From: Bdellovibrionota bacterium FG-1 | GTDB taxonomy: Bacteria > Bdellovibrionota > UBA1018 | Length of the DNA: 64,000 nt | Reading direction: 5' to 3' | NCBI GenBank assembly: GCA_051382295.1 | Contig: JBBCAW010000008.1 | Coordinates: forward strand, 96,001-160,000 | In this document: piece by piece, positions 36,323 through 46,155 of the stretch | Numbering within the stretch: the first letter of the stretch is position 1 | Layout: every line of letters begins with the position of its first letter | Made by a program: the position numbers and the translations under genes | Notes under the pieces: model-generated | The model's database searches: none | What the model saw: only the letters and a program-made list of their open reading frames with translations | Told to the model about the DNA's origin: nothing

Positions 36323-37328
36323 GCGCCCAATCTGGCTTCCAGAAAAACCGCTCATATTGCCGGCTTAAGCCGGTCCAACGTCCCGGGGTCTGATCTTGCT
36401 CAATCCAAGAGGCGATTGAATTGACCTTTGAATCGAGGTCATCAATCATGTGCACGATCAAAGCCTCGATGCACTTCGGCCGTTTAGGCGAACCATACTC
36501 CAAGATACCGTGATGGGCTAAAATGACGTGTTTAACGAGCAAAGCTTTCTCCTGCGGAAACTTTGCCGGCAGCCGCCCTTCTTGCAAATCCAGCTCCCGA
36601 ATTTTGCGATCCACAAGTTCCACGCCCATGACGAGATGGCCGATCAATTTTCCCTCATCGGAGTAGTCGGTCACCCGATCATAATTCAATTCCCAGAGTT
36701 TGCCGATATCGTGGAGAAACCCACCCAAAAACAACAAATCACGATCGACGATTATACCATAATGACCAGCCAAATGGTCCAAAGTCCCAGTGATCGAAAC
36801 AACGTGCTCCAGTAACCCCGTTTTATAGGCATGGTGAAGACTCTTAGCCGCAGGAGCGCGCTTCACGCGGTCAGCAATGTCAGCATCATCGCGCAAAACA
36901 GACTCGGCCAGCGCTTTGTAAAAAGGATCTTGCATCGAGGCCACATACTCGAGGAGCTGAGCGTAAAGAGCCTCTGCATCAAGCTTGCTTTCAGCAACAA
37001 AATCGGCCACTTGAACCTGGTCCTCCCGTAAGATCAAAAGCTGATTGATCACAATCTGCCGACGTCCCTGGTAAACCTGGCATCGACCTTCGACCCGCAC
37101 AAAGGTATCGCGAACGGCCTGGCCCGAATGTTTGCTGACGTCTTCCCAAAGCCGAGCTTCCAGTTCACCCGACTTATCCATCAAAACCAAATTCATGTAG
37201 GGTTTGCCGTTTTTACCGACTGCCACCGCGCTGTATTTGATTAAAAAGGGGGCGGAAATGGCGTCTTTTTCTTTGAGATCGCAAATAAACTGATTTTTTT
37301 CCATCATTCCATTCATTTGCGACGACAA
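36303..37328 (-). CDS. YhaM family 3'-5' exoribonuclease (OB + HD)
   Basis: GKPYMNLVLMDKSG, PAAKSLHHA, LHDIGK, HHG..EYGSP. Confidence 0.88.
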   Translation of the reverse strand: MSSQMNGMMEKNQFICDLKEKDAISAPFLIKYSAVAVGKNGKPYMNLVLMDKSGELEARLWEDVSKHSGQAVRDTFVRVEGRCQVYQGRRQIVINQLLILREDQVQVADFVAESKLDAEALYAQLLEYVASMQDPFYKALAESVLRDDADIADRVKRAPAAKSLHHAYKTGLLEHVVSITGTLDHLAGHYGIIVDRDLLFLGGFLHDIGKLWELNYDRVTDYSDEGKLIGHLVMGVELVDRKIRELDLQEGRLPAKFPQEKALLVKHVILAHHGILEYGSPKRPKCIEALIVHMIDDLDSKVNSIASWIEQDQTPGRWTGLSRQYERFFWKPDWALKTGQV

Positions 37329-37461
37329 TTAACCCGGCGGAGGGCGCCTAGCAAGCCTAGAAATGGGTAAATTTGAGTAGACACACCAAAGGCCCATGTT
37401 AGCTACGATAACCTCTCGGTAGTCGCCAGCTTTGGAATTTATCTGTAAAAAAACAGTGCCT

Positions 37462-39120
37462 CTAGGCCTTCTCAAGTGCCCGCAGCTCTGTGTCTGTTTG
37501 TCTGAGACGTAGCGCCAGCGCTCGGGAAAGCCGTAAGAACACCATGCCCTCGACCTGAGGATTTTCGCTGGCAACCCGGTCAAACGACGCACGGGACAAC
37601 ACAAAAAGCTCGCATCCCCCCGGGGCAATGGCATCGGCCGAGCGAGGTTGCTGATCTAAAAACGACATGTCGCCAAAAAAATCACCGCGACCAAACGACG
37701 CCAAATGAAAGCTCTTACCGTGGCCGAGTGACAACATAATCCTGACACTTCCCTTTCGGATCAAAAACATCTCGTCTCCGGTGTCACCTTGTGAAAAAAT
37801 CTTGTCCCCTGGAGAAAGTGAACGTTTTTGGACGCATTTTTCGAGTAAAGCCAAGCCGCTCGACGGCAGCCCAGAAAGGAGATCAATATCGCCTAACCCG
37901 AGTGGCGACTCCTCTTGCAAGGTCTTCATTCCATCGTGCTCCAAAAGTCGGTCCTCTGCCCACTCTAACGCATCCCGAAGGTCAGAGAAAATTCGCACAT
38001 GACTTTTAGGGCGGACCAGCCCCACTTGATCGAAATAGGCACCCAAATCCTGCCCAGTAGGCAGGCTTAAAGGCAGATCTGCAAACAAAAGAGATCCGCC
38101 ATTTTCAGAAATCTGGCCCTCAATTTGTTCGAGCATATGGATCGCCGTAAAGTCAACCGACTGGACCCGATGCATATCCAGAATCACAAATTTACAGTGT
38201 GAAAGATGGGGCTCAATTTCTGAAAAAAGCTGATCCGTGGTTCCAAAAAACAATGATCCTTGCAACTCAAAAATAGCAGTTTGAACCCCCTTCACTTCGA
38301 GCCATGCGACTTCGGCGGGTAGACGGCGCTTTTTAGAGAACATTTTGTCCCCAGTAGTCTTGCGCCGCACCACAGAACCCCGAATTTGTTCTCGCAAAAA
38401 CAGCAGAATAGCTAAAGCCAGCCCCACCCCGGCCGCGGCAATCAAATTCAGGGTTACGGCCGCGACCACCACCGCCGCAATCACGGTAAAATCTAAGATG
38501 GTTGAACGTTTACGAAGAAGTTTAAAACTCTTGCGTTCAACCATTCGGGTGGCCACGACTAAAAGAATTCCCGCTAACGCAGGGAGTGGAACCCAAGCCA
38601 CCAGCCGACCTAGCACCACAAACGTCGCCAAAGAAAAGACGCCTGTCAAAATTCCTGAAAGCCGGGTGCGTCCCCCACTACTCAAATTCACCAAAGTCGC
38701 ACCCATCATGCCGGCACCGGCCATTCCGCCAATCAGCGCTGAGGCCATGTTTCCTACCCCCTGGCCAATCAGTTCTCGATTCGAATTATGACGACTTCGA
38801 GTCAGGGCATCGACGATCACACAAGTTTTGAGCGTATCAATAGACAAAAGGACCGCGAGCGTAAAGGCCGGGGCCCCCAGTACCGCAGCCGCGGGCGCAC
38901 AAGGCGCTGAAATGAGCCGAGGCGCGCCACCCAGCACAGGTGCAATCAACCCAATAGCGATCGCCCCTAAGATACCCACGACCGCACCTTGAGCCGCAAA
39001 GGCCGGTCCCAAGGGCGAATAGACCAATAGTCCGAAGGCAATGGCGGATGGAAACGCCACCAACATGGACGCAAGGCCCCCAAAAACCTCACCGATGACC
39101 GTCACTTTCTGATTCGTCAT
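37462..39120 (-). CDS. SulP/SLC26 anion transporter with STAS and cNMP-binding domains, apparently internally deleted
   Basis: NRELIGQG, GSLFFGT (STAS), FFGDMSFLDQQPRSADA (cNMP); transmembrane region unusually short. Confidence 0.8.
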   Translation of the reverse strand: MTNQKVTVIGEVFGGLASMLVAFPSAIAFGLLVYSPLGPAFAAQGAVVGILGAIAIGLIAPVLGGAPRLISAPCAPAAAVLGAPAFTLAVLLSIDTLKTCVIVDALTRSRHNSNRELIGQGVGNMASALIGGMAGAGMMGATLVNLSSGGRTRLSGILTGVFSLATFVVLGRLVAWVPLPALAGILLVVATRMVERKSFKLLRKRSTILDFTVIAAVVVAAVTLNLIAAAGVGLALAILLFLREQIRGSVVRRKTTGDKMFSKKRRLPAEVAWLEVKGVQTAIFELQGSLFFGTTDQLFSEIEPHLSHCKFVILDMHRVQSVDFTAIHMLEQIEGQISENGGSLLFADLPLSLPTGQDLGAYFDQVGLVRPKSHVRIFSDLRDALEWAEDRLLEHDGMKTLQEESPLGLGDIDLLSGLPSSGLALLEKCVQKRSLSPGDKIFSQGDTGDEMFLIRKGSVRIMLSLGHGKSFHLASFGRGDFFGDMSFLDQQPRSADAIAPGGCELFVLSRASFDRVASENPQVEGMVFLRLSRALALRLRQTDTELRALEKA

Positions 39121-39180
39121 ATCCTATTTATCCGCTCAATGTGGATTCCGATTAAGATCATCCGTGCTAGATTCTCTCCT

Positions 39181-40725
39181 ATGCGCCAATTTAGGGCCGT
39201 TTTTATATTTTGGATCATCCTTACAGTCCTGATTCAGCCTTGGCGAAATTCTTTATCACAGGATGACGCTGTCTATGCAGTCCAGGCTCTTTCTTTTGCC
39301 CAAGGGAGCTTTCATTTTCATCCTGATCCGATGGCCGCAGCCCTCCCGCAAAGCGTGCTCGGAGGTTTGGCCATTCGTGCGTTTCCGTTTTTCAAACCCC
39401 TCGTCGTCCTCAATAGCTTGACCTGGCTATTGAATCTGGCGGTCATGTGTGTGCTCCAAGCCGCCACGGGGGCGTCAGCCCTATTGATCTGTGGCCTTTT
39501 TTCGATCCCCTTTTGGACTCAATATAGCGCCAGTTTTCTTTATGACCTCTATGCCGTCTTGTTGCTATCCCTGCTTTTGTGGACTCTACAAAAACAAGCT
39601 CGCCTCGCCACGATCGCCGTCGCTTGCCTTTCCTTCCTCCTCTTTCTACAACTGCAATCTTTGCTCGTTGTTTCTTTGTTGCTCAGTGCTGCTTATTTTT
39701 ACTCCAAAAAATATCGACAAGGCTTAGCTCTTTTGCTCGGAGTAATCATTGGAGTCGAGGTATTTTCGTCGATCCCACACGGCCTTTACCAACAGGCGGC
39801 TCCCTATTTTTTATTTCACCCCTCGCGCTCTTGGAAAGTCATGGCCTATTGTTTTTTGCAGCTTCTTGTAGGCTTAGGATTTTTCTTACTCCCCGCCACG
39901 CAAGGGTTTTCGCAGTGGCCAGTTCGACTTGGAATCCTGGTGGGAGCGCTGCAACTTGCCTTCATTGGTTTCCTTCTGTTCGTTCAGGCGCCGGTCTTAG
40001 CCGCGGGAGTTTTCTTTTCAGATTACCTCCCCAAGATTTTAGCCCTTTCGATCACGAGCCTGGGGGTTTTGGGTTGGGCTGGCGCCGTGAGCTTACGCCC
40101 CACTCGGTGGTCTCCTCAACAAATAGCCTTGGCCGCCGCCGCCTTGATCATCGTCGTACTCAATGCCTATCGAGGGGCCAACGACATTCGCTACATGATG
40201 CTGCTCGTACCGTTAATCTTGATTATTTTTCGGGAAAAACTTTCCCAACGACCCCTTGCGACTTCAAATCGAATCATCTTTGCGCTAAGTTTTTTTCTTT
40301 CCATTGTCTTGAATCGATACTCTCTCGACACCACCGAAGCCCGCTGGCACCTTGCCGCTCTTTTAGAATCCCAAGGCACCCCTCAGAAGCAAATCTCCGC
40401 CGGTTATGGACGGGATCTTTTTATGTTCGAAGAGGAATGTACAATGGCCGCTTATCAAAAAATCGGACGCCCCCCCTTGGATAGCCCTGTTTTTTTCGAG
40501 CGAGTTTTTAGCAAAATCCCCAGGGTCTACGCCGACGAATGGATTCCTCAATTCGTCATAAAACCTTACATCGCTTTCGGAAAAACCCTGGCACTCAAGG
40601 TAAATCGAGCCCAGGGACAAGAGGGTACAGCCTCCGTCGTTTACCCCTATTCATCATTAGGAGTAAAACATGCGCTTGCCGCGTTTGAAAATAAGGATTT
40701 TAGAAACGCATGGTGCTTTCGATGA
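39181..40725 (+). CDS. Polytopic membrane protein, GT-C glycosyltransferase-like
   Basis: QDDAVY after the first TM, many TMs, RYMMLLVP; TG-n-TAGATT 7 nt before ATG 39181. Confidence 0.55.
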   Translation: MRQFRAVFIFWIILTVLIQPWRNSLSQDDAVYAVQALSFAQGSFHFHPDPMAAALPQSVLGGLAIRAFPFFKPLVVLNSLTWLLNLAVMCVLQAATGASALLICGLFSIPFWTQYSASFLYDLYAVLLLSLLLWTLQKQARLATIAVACLSFLLFLQLQSLLVVSLLLSAAYFYSKKYRQGLALLLGVIIGVEVFSSIPHGLYQQAAPYFLFHPSRSWKVMAYCFLQLLVGLGFFLLPATQGFSQWPVRLGILVGALQLAFIGFLLFVQAPVLAAGVFFSDYLPKILALSITSLGVLGWAGAVSLRPTRWSPQQIALAAAALIIVVLNAYRGANDIRYMMLLVPLILIIFREKLSQRPLATSNRIIFALSFFLSIVLNRYSLDTTEARWHLAALLESQGTPQKQISAGYGRDLFMFEEECTMAAYQKIGRPPLDSPVFFERVFSKIPRVYADEWIPQFVIKPYIAFGKTLALKVNRAQGQEGTASVVYPYSSLGVKHALAAFENKDFRNAWCFR

Positions 40726-41822
40726 TAGGCGGCCGAAAAATCATCCACGTCGATATGGATGCGTTTTTTGCGTCCGTCGAGCAGCGCGACCATCCGGAGC
40801 TTCGGGGAAGGCCGGTTATTGTCGGCGGAGATCCCCACGGCCGGGGGGTCGTGGCAGCCTGTTCGTACGAAGCCCGAAAATTTGGCGTTCACTCGGCGAT
40901 GAGTTCCGCAAAAGCCTATCGCCTTTGCCCTCAAGCCGTAGTCGTGCACCCTCATTTCAGCGTCTATCAAGAGGCCAGTGAGCAAATTCATAAAATCTTC
41001 GAAGAGGTCACCGATCAGATCGAACCCCTTTCGCTCGACGAAGCCTACCTGGACGTTACCGTCAATAAGCTGAGCGAACCCCTCGCTCGAAAAATCGCAG
41101 CCCATCTGAGGGCCCGAATTCAGGAAGTGACTGGGCTAACCGCTTCAGCCGGAGTAGGCCCAAATAAATTTATTGCCAAAATCGCAAGCGATCTGCGCAA
41201 GCCCGATGGTTTGGTCGTCGTGCCGCCCGAACGAGTGATGGAGTTTATCGAGCGGCTGCCCGTCGAACGCTTGTGGGGAGTGGGCCCCGCCACGGCTAAG
41301 ACCCTTCACGAATTGGGGCTTTTCCTCGTTTCAGACATTCGTAAACGCCCGCTGGCAGAGATGGAACGCTCCCTCGGAAAATTTGGGACTTTTCTTCATC
41401 AGCTCTCTCATGGTCAAGATGACCGTGAAGTTGAATCCGAATGGGAACCCAAAAGTAGTGGCACTGAGACCACCTTCGAAAAAGACGTGCGAGATACCCA
41501 CTTTCTTTTGGAGACTTTAAACGATCAAGCTGAAGACATCGTCGTCCACTTACGCAAGCTCGACCGACGAGCCAAAACCGTAGCGCTGAAATTGCGCTAT
41601 TCAGACTTTACCACCATCACGCGCAGCCGCACTCTTTGGCACTACACGGACGATCCGATGCTCATTGCCGATACAGCTCAGCAGCTTCTTACCCAGTCCA
41701 CCGAAGCAGGACACCGGCCAGTGCGCCTCATCGGGATCACGATGAGCAACCTGATTCATCCCAACGAACCCGAACAGCTTTGGCTGGATTTGCGATATAC
41801 GTCGGGGCTAGCGGTTGGATAG
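40722..41822 (+). CDS. dinB: DNA polymerase IV
   Basis: HVDMDAFFASVE, SYEARKFGV, SLDEAYLD, KIASD..KPDG. Confidence 0.95.
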   Translation: MIGGRKIIHVDMDAFFASVEQRDHPELRGRPVIVGGDPHGRGVVAACSYEARKFGVHSAMSSAKAYRLCPQAVVVHPHFSVYQEASEQIHKIFEEVTDQIEPLSLDEAYLDVTVNKLSEPLARKIAAHLRARIQEVTGLTASAGVGPNKFIAKIASDLRKPDGLVVVPPERVMEFIERLPVERLWGVGPATAKTLHELGLFLVSDIRKRPLAEMERSLGKFGTFLHQLSHGQDDREVESEWEPKSSGTETTFEKDVRDTHFLLETLNDQAEDIVVHLRKLDRRAKTVALKLRYSDFTTITRSRTLWHYTDDPMLIADTAQQLLTQSTEAGHRPVRLIGITMSNLIHPNEPEQLWLDLRYTSGLAVG

Positions 41823-42728
41823 CGGTTTCTCCACCGACGGCTCATTGACAAAAATCACATACTCCGCCAAATCTCCGTAACGCGAATCTCTCAGGAGCCC
41901 AGGCAATTCGGACTCGAGATAATCAGAGGTATCAATCAAACGCACCGTGATTGCGACTTCCCCTTTTTGGCGATCCCGCAAGCGGGCCACCACCCCATCC
42001 GAGTATTCAGCATGAAAACTCCCCACCACCAAAAACTTCAATGCGGTTTTGACGTCGTTCACCAAATGATACGCAATCACATCATCCGTTAAGCATTGGG
42101 CCGCAAAATAATTTTCGATTTGCGCAGGAGTCGCATGCCCCCCCTGTTCCATCACCTCTTTGAAGCGGTCATGATAGCCCACGCTTCCCATGACAAAATC
42201 AGGTGGCAACAACCGAGGATCAAGCGCTTCGATACCGCCTGTGACCACCGGGGCTTTTTCTTCCCGCGTCAAATTAACGGCCGCAAGAGCCCCACCCAAC
42301 TCTCGCGTGACTTCCATAATCGGCGCGTAAGTCTCACTGCCTAGGCCATGCTGAAGTCGCTTCAAAAGCTCGCCCACCGTGAACTGACCGGCTTGATACC
42401 TTTGAAAACTGTCATCCACCGACTCGCGTTCAGAAAAACTCAAGAACTCCCATGCGGTAGTAAAGTTTTTCTGCGCAGCTTTCGCACCCACCACTGCACG
42501 AATCACCTCGGCTTGCGCCTGCTGTACTCCAAAATTGTAATGCTTTTCCGCCAAAATCCAAGTTTGCGCAGACCTAGCCACGAGAGGGAGATCGGAGATT
42601 GTCATCTCATGCCCTGTCCTCACCTCGATGACCTTGCCTGCCCACTGGCCTGCCCCCTCGAACGCGAAGCCGCGATGCGAAAAACTCAACATCACCATAA
42701 CGCACACCCCTAAAAGTCGAATCGTCAT
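41808..42728 (-). CDS. ChaN/Tiki-superfamily (DUF399) exported protein
   Basis: LAEKH, WEFL, YAPIM, AQCLTDD, VGSFH. Confidence 0.72.
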   Translation of the reverse strand: MTIRLLGVCVMVMLSFSHRGFAFEGAGQWAGKVIEVRTGHEMTISDLPLVARSAQTWILAEKHYNFGVQQAQAEVIRAVVGAKAAQKNFTTAWEFLSFSERESVDDSFQRYQAGQFTVGELLKRLQHGLGSETYAPIMEVTRELGGALAAVNLTREEKAPVVTGGIEALDPRLLPPDFVMGSVGYHDRFKEVMEQGGHATPAQIENYFAAQCLTDDVIAYHLVNDVKTALKFLVVGSFHAEYSDGVVARLRDRQKGEVAITVRLIDTSDYLESELPGLLRDSRYGDLAEYVIFVNEPSVEKPLSNR

Positions 42729-42789
42729 CCTAGAATCTCCCTTCACACCCCTAGCAAATACCATCGGCTTCCATTAGAAACTAGGGATC

Positions 42790-45700
42790 ATGAAAAATTT
42801 TGCAAAAAATCGGACGATTCCTTTTTTGTTTTTTTTCGCGTTGAGCACCTTAAGCCAAGCGCAAACCCGGGTTCACCATCAAATCCAAGTTCAACTCGAC
42901 CCTGCTGCTCATCATTTAGAAGTGGACGATCAAATCACCCTCCCTGCCGAATGGACCAACGGTGATGCACTTCGTTTCACACTCCATGACGGACTCAACC
43001 CAAAAACCTCAGATTCTACGATTCAACTCACCGCCGAAGATCGCGTAGGCGACCAAGATCCTCTCGCGCGCTATTACCATTTGACGCTGCCCCGAGGAAC
43101 GCAGTCCTTTACGCTTCATTATTCGGGCGAAATCTACCATCCCCTTTCGACTCCCGGCGAAGAATATGATCGCGGCTTTCAAGATACCCCTGGCCTCATT
43201 GCCGCTGAGGGCGTTTTTCTTTCCAGTGCCACGTCCTGGTACCCACGATTCGACAGCGAATTAGTGACCTTCTCAATCCAGACCAATCTTCCCGTCGAGT
43301 GGAAGGCTGTTTCACAGGGCAATCGCATCGAAAATCATTGGGAATCGCCCGAGCCCCAGACCGAAATTTACCTGATTGCCGGCAAATGGACCGAATATGA
43401 GCAAAATGCCAATGGCCTCAAAGCCCTGGCTTTTTTGCGAACCCCGGACCCCACACTGGCCCAACAATACCTCGACGCCACCCTTCAATACGTCAAAATG
43501 TACAATGGGCTAATCGGAAATTACCCCTATCAAAAATTCGCCTTGGTCGAAAACTTTTGGGAAACCGGATTTGGGATGCCATCGTTCACTTTATTAGGGC
43601 CAAAAATCATTCGTTTTCCCTTTATTATTAACTCGTCTTATCCTCACGAAATTTTACATAACTGGTGGGGAAATGGTGTTTTCGTAGATTATCAGGGAGG
43701 CAACTGGTGCGAGGGGCTGACTGCCTATTTAGCGGATCACCTGCTTAAAGAGCAGGTTCAGGGAGGAACCGAATACCGCAGGTCGACCCTTCAAAAATAC
43801 ACGGATTTTGTTTCGGCCAATAACGATTTTCCATTGATGGACTTCAAAGAACGATTTAGTTCTTCAACTGAAGCCGTGGGTTACGGCAAAGCCCTGATGT
43901 TCTTTCATATGTTGCGGACTCAATTTGGGGATGAAACCTTTCAAAAGGCGGTGCGGGCGCTCTACACTACCCACAAATTCAATCGCGTCAGTTATGACGA
44001 TATTCGTAAAATCTTTGAGGGAGTCACACAGACCCCCCTCCAACCCACCTTTGACCAATGGGTCCACCGGACTGGCGCACCCGAACTAGCCGTGTCGAAT
44101 GCCCAAGCCCGCCCCGTGGACGCGGGATATGAAATCACGGCTACCCTCCGACAAGTCCAACCTGATGCCGCTTACGAACTCAAGATTCCCGTCGCTATTC
44201 ATCTCGAAGGCCACTCGCGCGCTTTTCAGGCGGATATTACCATGAACACCCATGAAGAAAAGGTGCGGTTCATCGTACCCGCGCGCCCTTTACTATTCGA
44301 TGTCGATCCGGAGTTTGATGTCTTCAGACGGCTCAATCATTTTGAAATTCCACCCGCACTTTCTCAAACCTTTGGGGCGAGTAAAGTCTTAGTCGTGGTT
44401 CCTAGCGATGCCCCTCTTGCACTAAAAACAGCTTACGAAGCCCTCGCTCAATCCTGGTCCCACTCGGCCGATGCCAAAGAGTACGAGGTAAAACTCGACC
44501 GCGAACTGATCACCCTCCCGTCTGATCGAGCCGTTTGGATTTTAGGATTTGAAAATCGATTTGCCTCTCAAATTGCAGGAGGTCTCGAGGAATACAACAG
44601 CGCAGTTACCGATACGACCTTACGAGTGAATGATCAGGTTTTTCCGCGCTTGTCGCACAGTTTTGTGGCTAGCATCCGCGCCCCAGGGCATCCCGATCAG
44701 ACCTGGTCGTGGGTCGCTGGCGCCTCGCCCTCCGCGATCGCCGGTCTTGACCATAAGTTGCCGCATTATGGCAAATATAGCTTTCTGGTTTTCAAGGGTG
44801 ACGAGCCTCAAAACCAAGCCAAAGGAATTTGGCCCACCCTCCATTCGCCGATGTCAGTGGGGGTGTTACAGTCCGATGGAACCCTGACCTCCGGACCTCG
44901 AGCCGCCTTGAAGCCTCGCTCTGCTTTGGCCCCTCTCGCTCCCGAATTTTCTGCGACCTCTATGAAAGAGACCGTCACCTACTTAACTCAAGACCGCCTC
45001 AAGGGCCGCGAACTGGGGACTCCTGAACTCGACGAGATTTCAGTCACCCTTGCCGAAAAATTTGAGAAAGCCGGACTCACGCCTGCTGGAAACCCAGGAT
45101 TCTTTCAAATTTGGAATGAACAACTCCCCACCCCCAAAGGGCAGGCGCTTCTTAAAAATATCGTAGGCGTAATCCCGGGGGCAAATCCTGCTCTCACAGG
45201 ACAAAGCCTAGTGATCAGCGCTCATTATGATCACCTTGGACTTGGATGGCCCATAGCCCACGAGGGCGATGCAGGTAAAATCCATCCCGGGGCGGATGAC
45301 AACGCAAGCGGCGTCGCTATCCTGCTTGAGGTGGCGCGAGTATTTGCTCAGGCCGCAAAGAATGGCCTGCCCCCAGAGCGAACGCTCGTATTTGTCGCCT
45401 TTACCGGTGAAGAATCCGGCCTCTTGGGTTCGAAACATTTTGCACAGCTTGGGGCAGCGCCTTTTGCACCGGTTTCCGGTTTCTTTTCGATGATCAACCT
45501 CGATACCGTGGGCCGGTTAGGGCCAAATAAACTGACGGTTTTTGGAGTGGGGACAGCCCAAGAATGGAATGAAATTTTGTCCACCGCGAGCATGCGCACG
45601 GGGCTTTCGATGGATCCAGTGATGGCGAATATCGGCGCCAGCGATCAAAACAGATTTTGGGCGATCGGCGTGCCAGCACTTCAGTTCTTTAGCGGCGCTC

Positions 45701-46155
45701 ACGCGGACTACCACCGCCCCACCGACACCATTGATAAACTCGACTGGAAGGGAATGACCCAAATCGCTGCCGCCACCTACGAGATCACAAGAATTTTATC
45801 CAATCGAAGCGCCCCACTGACCGCGACCCTCAGCCCGGCGCCAGGCCCATCGGAGCCTGATCATCCACGCAAAGTGTTCTTAGGAACTGTGCCTGATTTT
45901 GCATTTAGTGGACCGGGCATCAAAGTGAATTCAGTCGTTGCGGGATCGCCAGCGGACCAAGCGGGGCTAAAAAGCGAAGACATCATCATTCAAATTGATC
46001 AGGTTAAAATCGCTAATTTAAAAACGTATTCGGATTTTCTCAAGACGCTCAATCCCGGAGATTCAATCGAAATCATTTTTTTGCGAGAAGGCGACCAGCA
46101 CCTGACTCACGCCACCCTCAGTCCGCTTTACCAATCGCAAACGGCCTCGAACTGA
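42790..46155 (+). CDS. Secreted M1 aminopeptidase + M28 peptidase + PDZ fusion
   Basis: HEILHNWWGN...EG, YGK; SAHYDHLG, GADDNASG, FTGEE; LGTVPD PDZ. Confidence 0.9.
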   Translation: MKNFAKNRTIPFLFFFALSTLSQAQTRVHHQIQVQLDPAAHHLEVDDQITLPAEWTNGDALRFTLHDGLNPKTSDSTIQLTAEDRVGDQDPLARYYHLTLPRGTQSFTLHYSGEIYHPLSTPGEEYDRGFQDTPGLIAAEGVFLSSATSWYPRFDSELVTFSIQTNLPVEWKAVSQGNRIENHWESPEPQTEIYLIAGKWTEYEQNANGLKALAFLRTPDPTLAQQYLDATLQYVKMYNGLIGNYPYQKFALVENFWETGFGMPSFTLLGPKIIRFPFIINSSYPHEILHNWWGNGVFVDYQGGNWCEGLTAYLADHLLKEQVQGGTEYRRSTLQKYTDFVSANNDFPLMDFKERFSSSTEAVGYGKALMFFHMLRTQFGDETFQKAVRALYTTHKFNRVSYDDIRKIFEGVTQTPLQPTFDQWVHRTGAPELAVSNAQARPVDAGYEITATLRQVQPDAAYELKIPVAIHLEGHSRAFQADITMNTHEEKVRFIVPARPLLFDVDPEFDVFRRLNHFEIPPALSQTFGASKVLVVVPSDAPLALKTAYEALAQSWSHSADAKEYEVKLDRELITLPSDRAVWILGFENRFASQIAGGLEEYNSAVTDTTLRVNDQVFPRLSHSFVASIRAPGHPDQTWSWVAGASPSAIAGLDHKLPHYGKYSFLVFKGDEPQNQAKGIWPTLHSPMSVGVLQSDGTLTSGPRAALKPRSALAPLAPEFSATSMKETVTYLTQDRLKGRELGTPELDEISVTLAEKFEKAGLTPAGNPGFFQIWNEQLPTPKGQALLKNIVGVIPGANPALTGQSLVISAHYDHLGLGWPIAHEGDAGKIHPGADDNASGVAILLEVARVFAQAAKNGLPPERTLVFVAFTGEESGLLGSKHFAQLGAAPFAPVSGFFSMINLDTVGRLGPNKLTVFGVGTAQEWNEILSTASMRTGLSMDPVMANIGASDQNRFWAIGVPALQFFSGAHADYHRPTDTIDKLDWKGMTQIAAATYEITRILSNRSAPLTATLSPAPGPSEPDHPRKVFLGTVPDFAFSGPGIKVNSVVAGSPADQAGLKSEDIIIQIDQVKIANLKTYSDFLKTLNPGDSIEIIFLREGDQHLTHATLSPLYQSQTASN

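Noticed and set aside
39579..40484. 301-aa alternative-frame ORF
   Set aside because: It overlaps the membrane-protein gene on the same strand and has a shadow-like Arg/Ser-rich composition.
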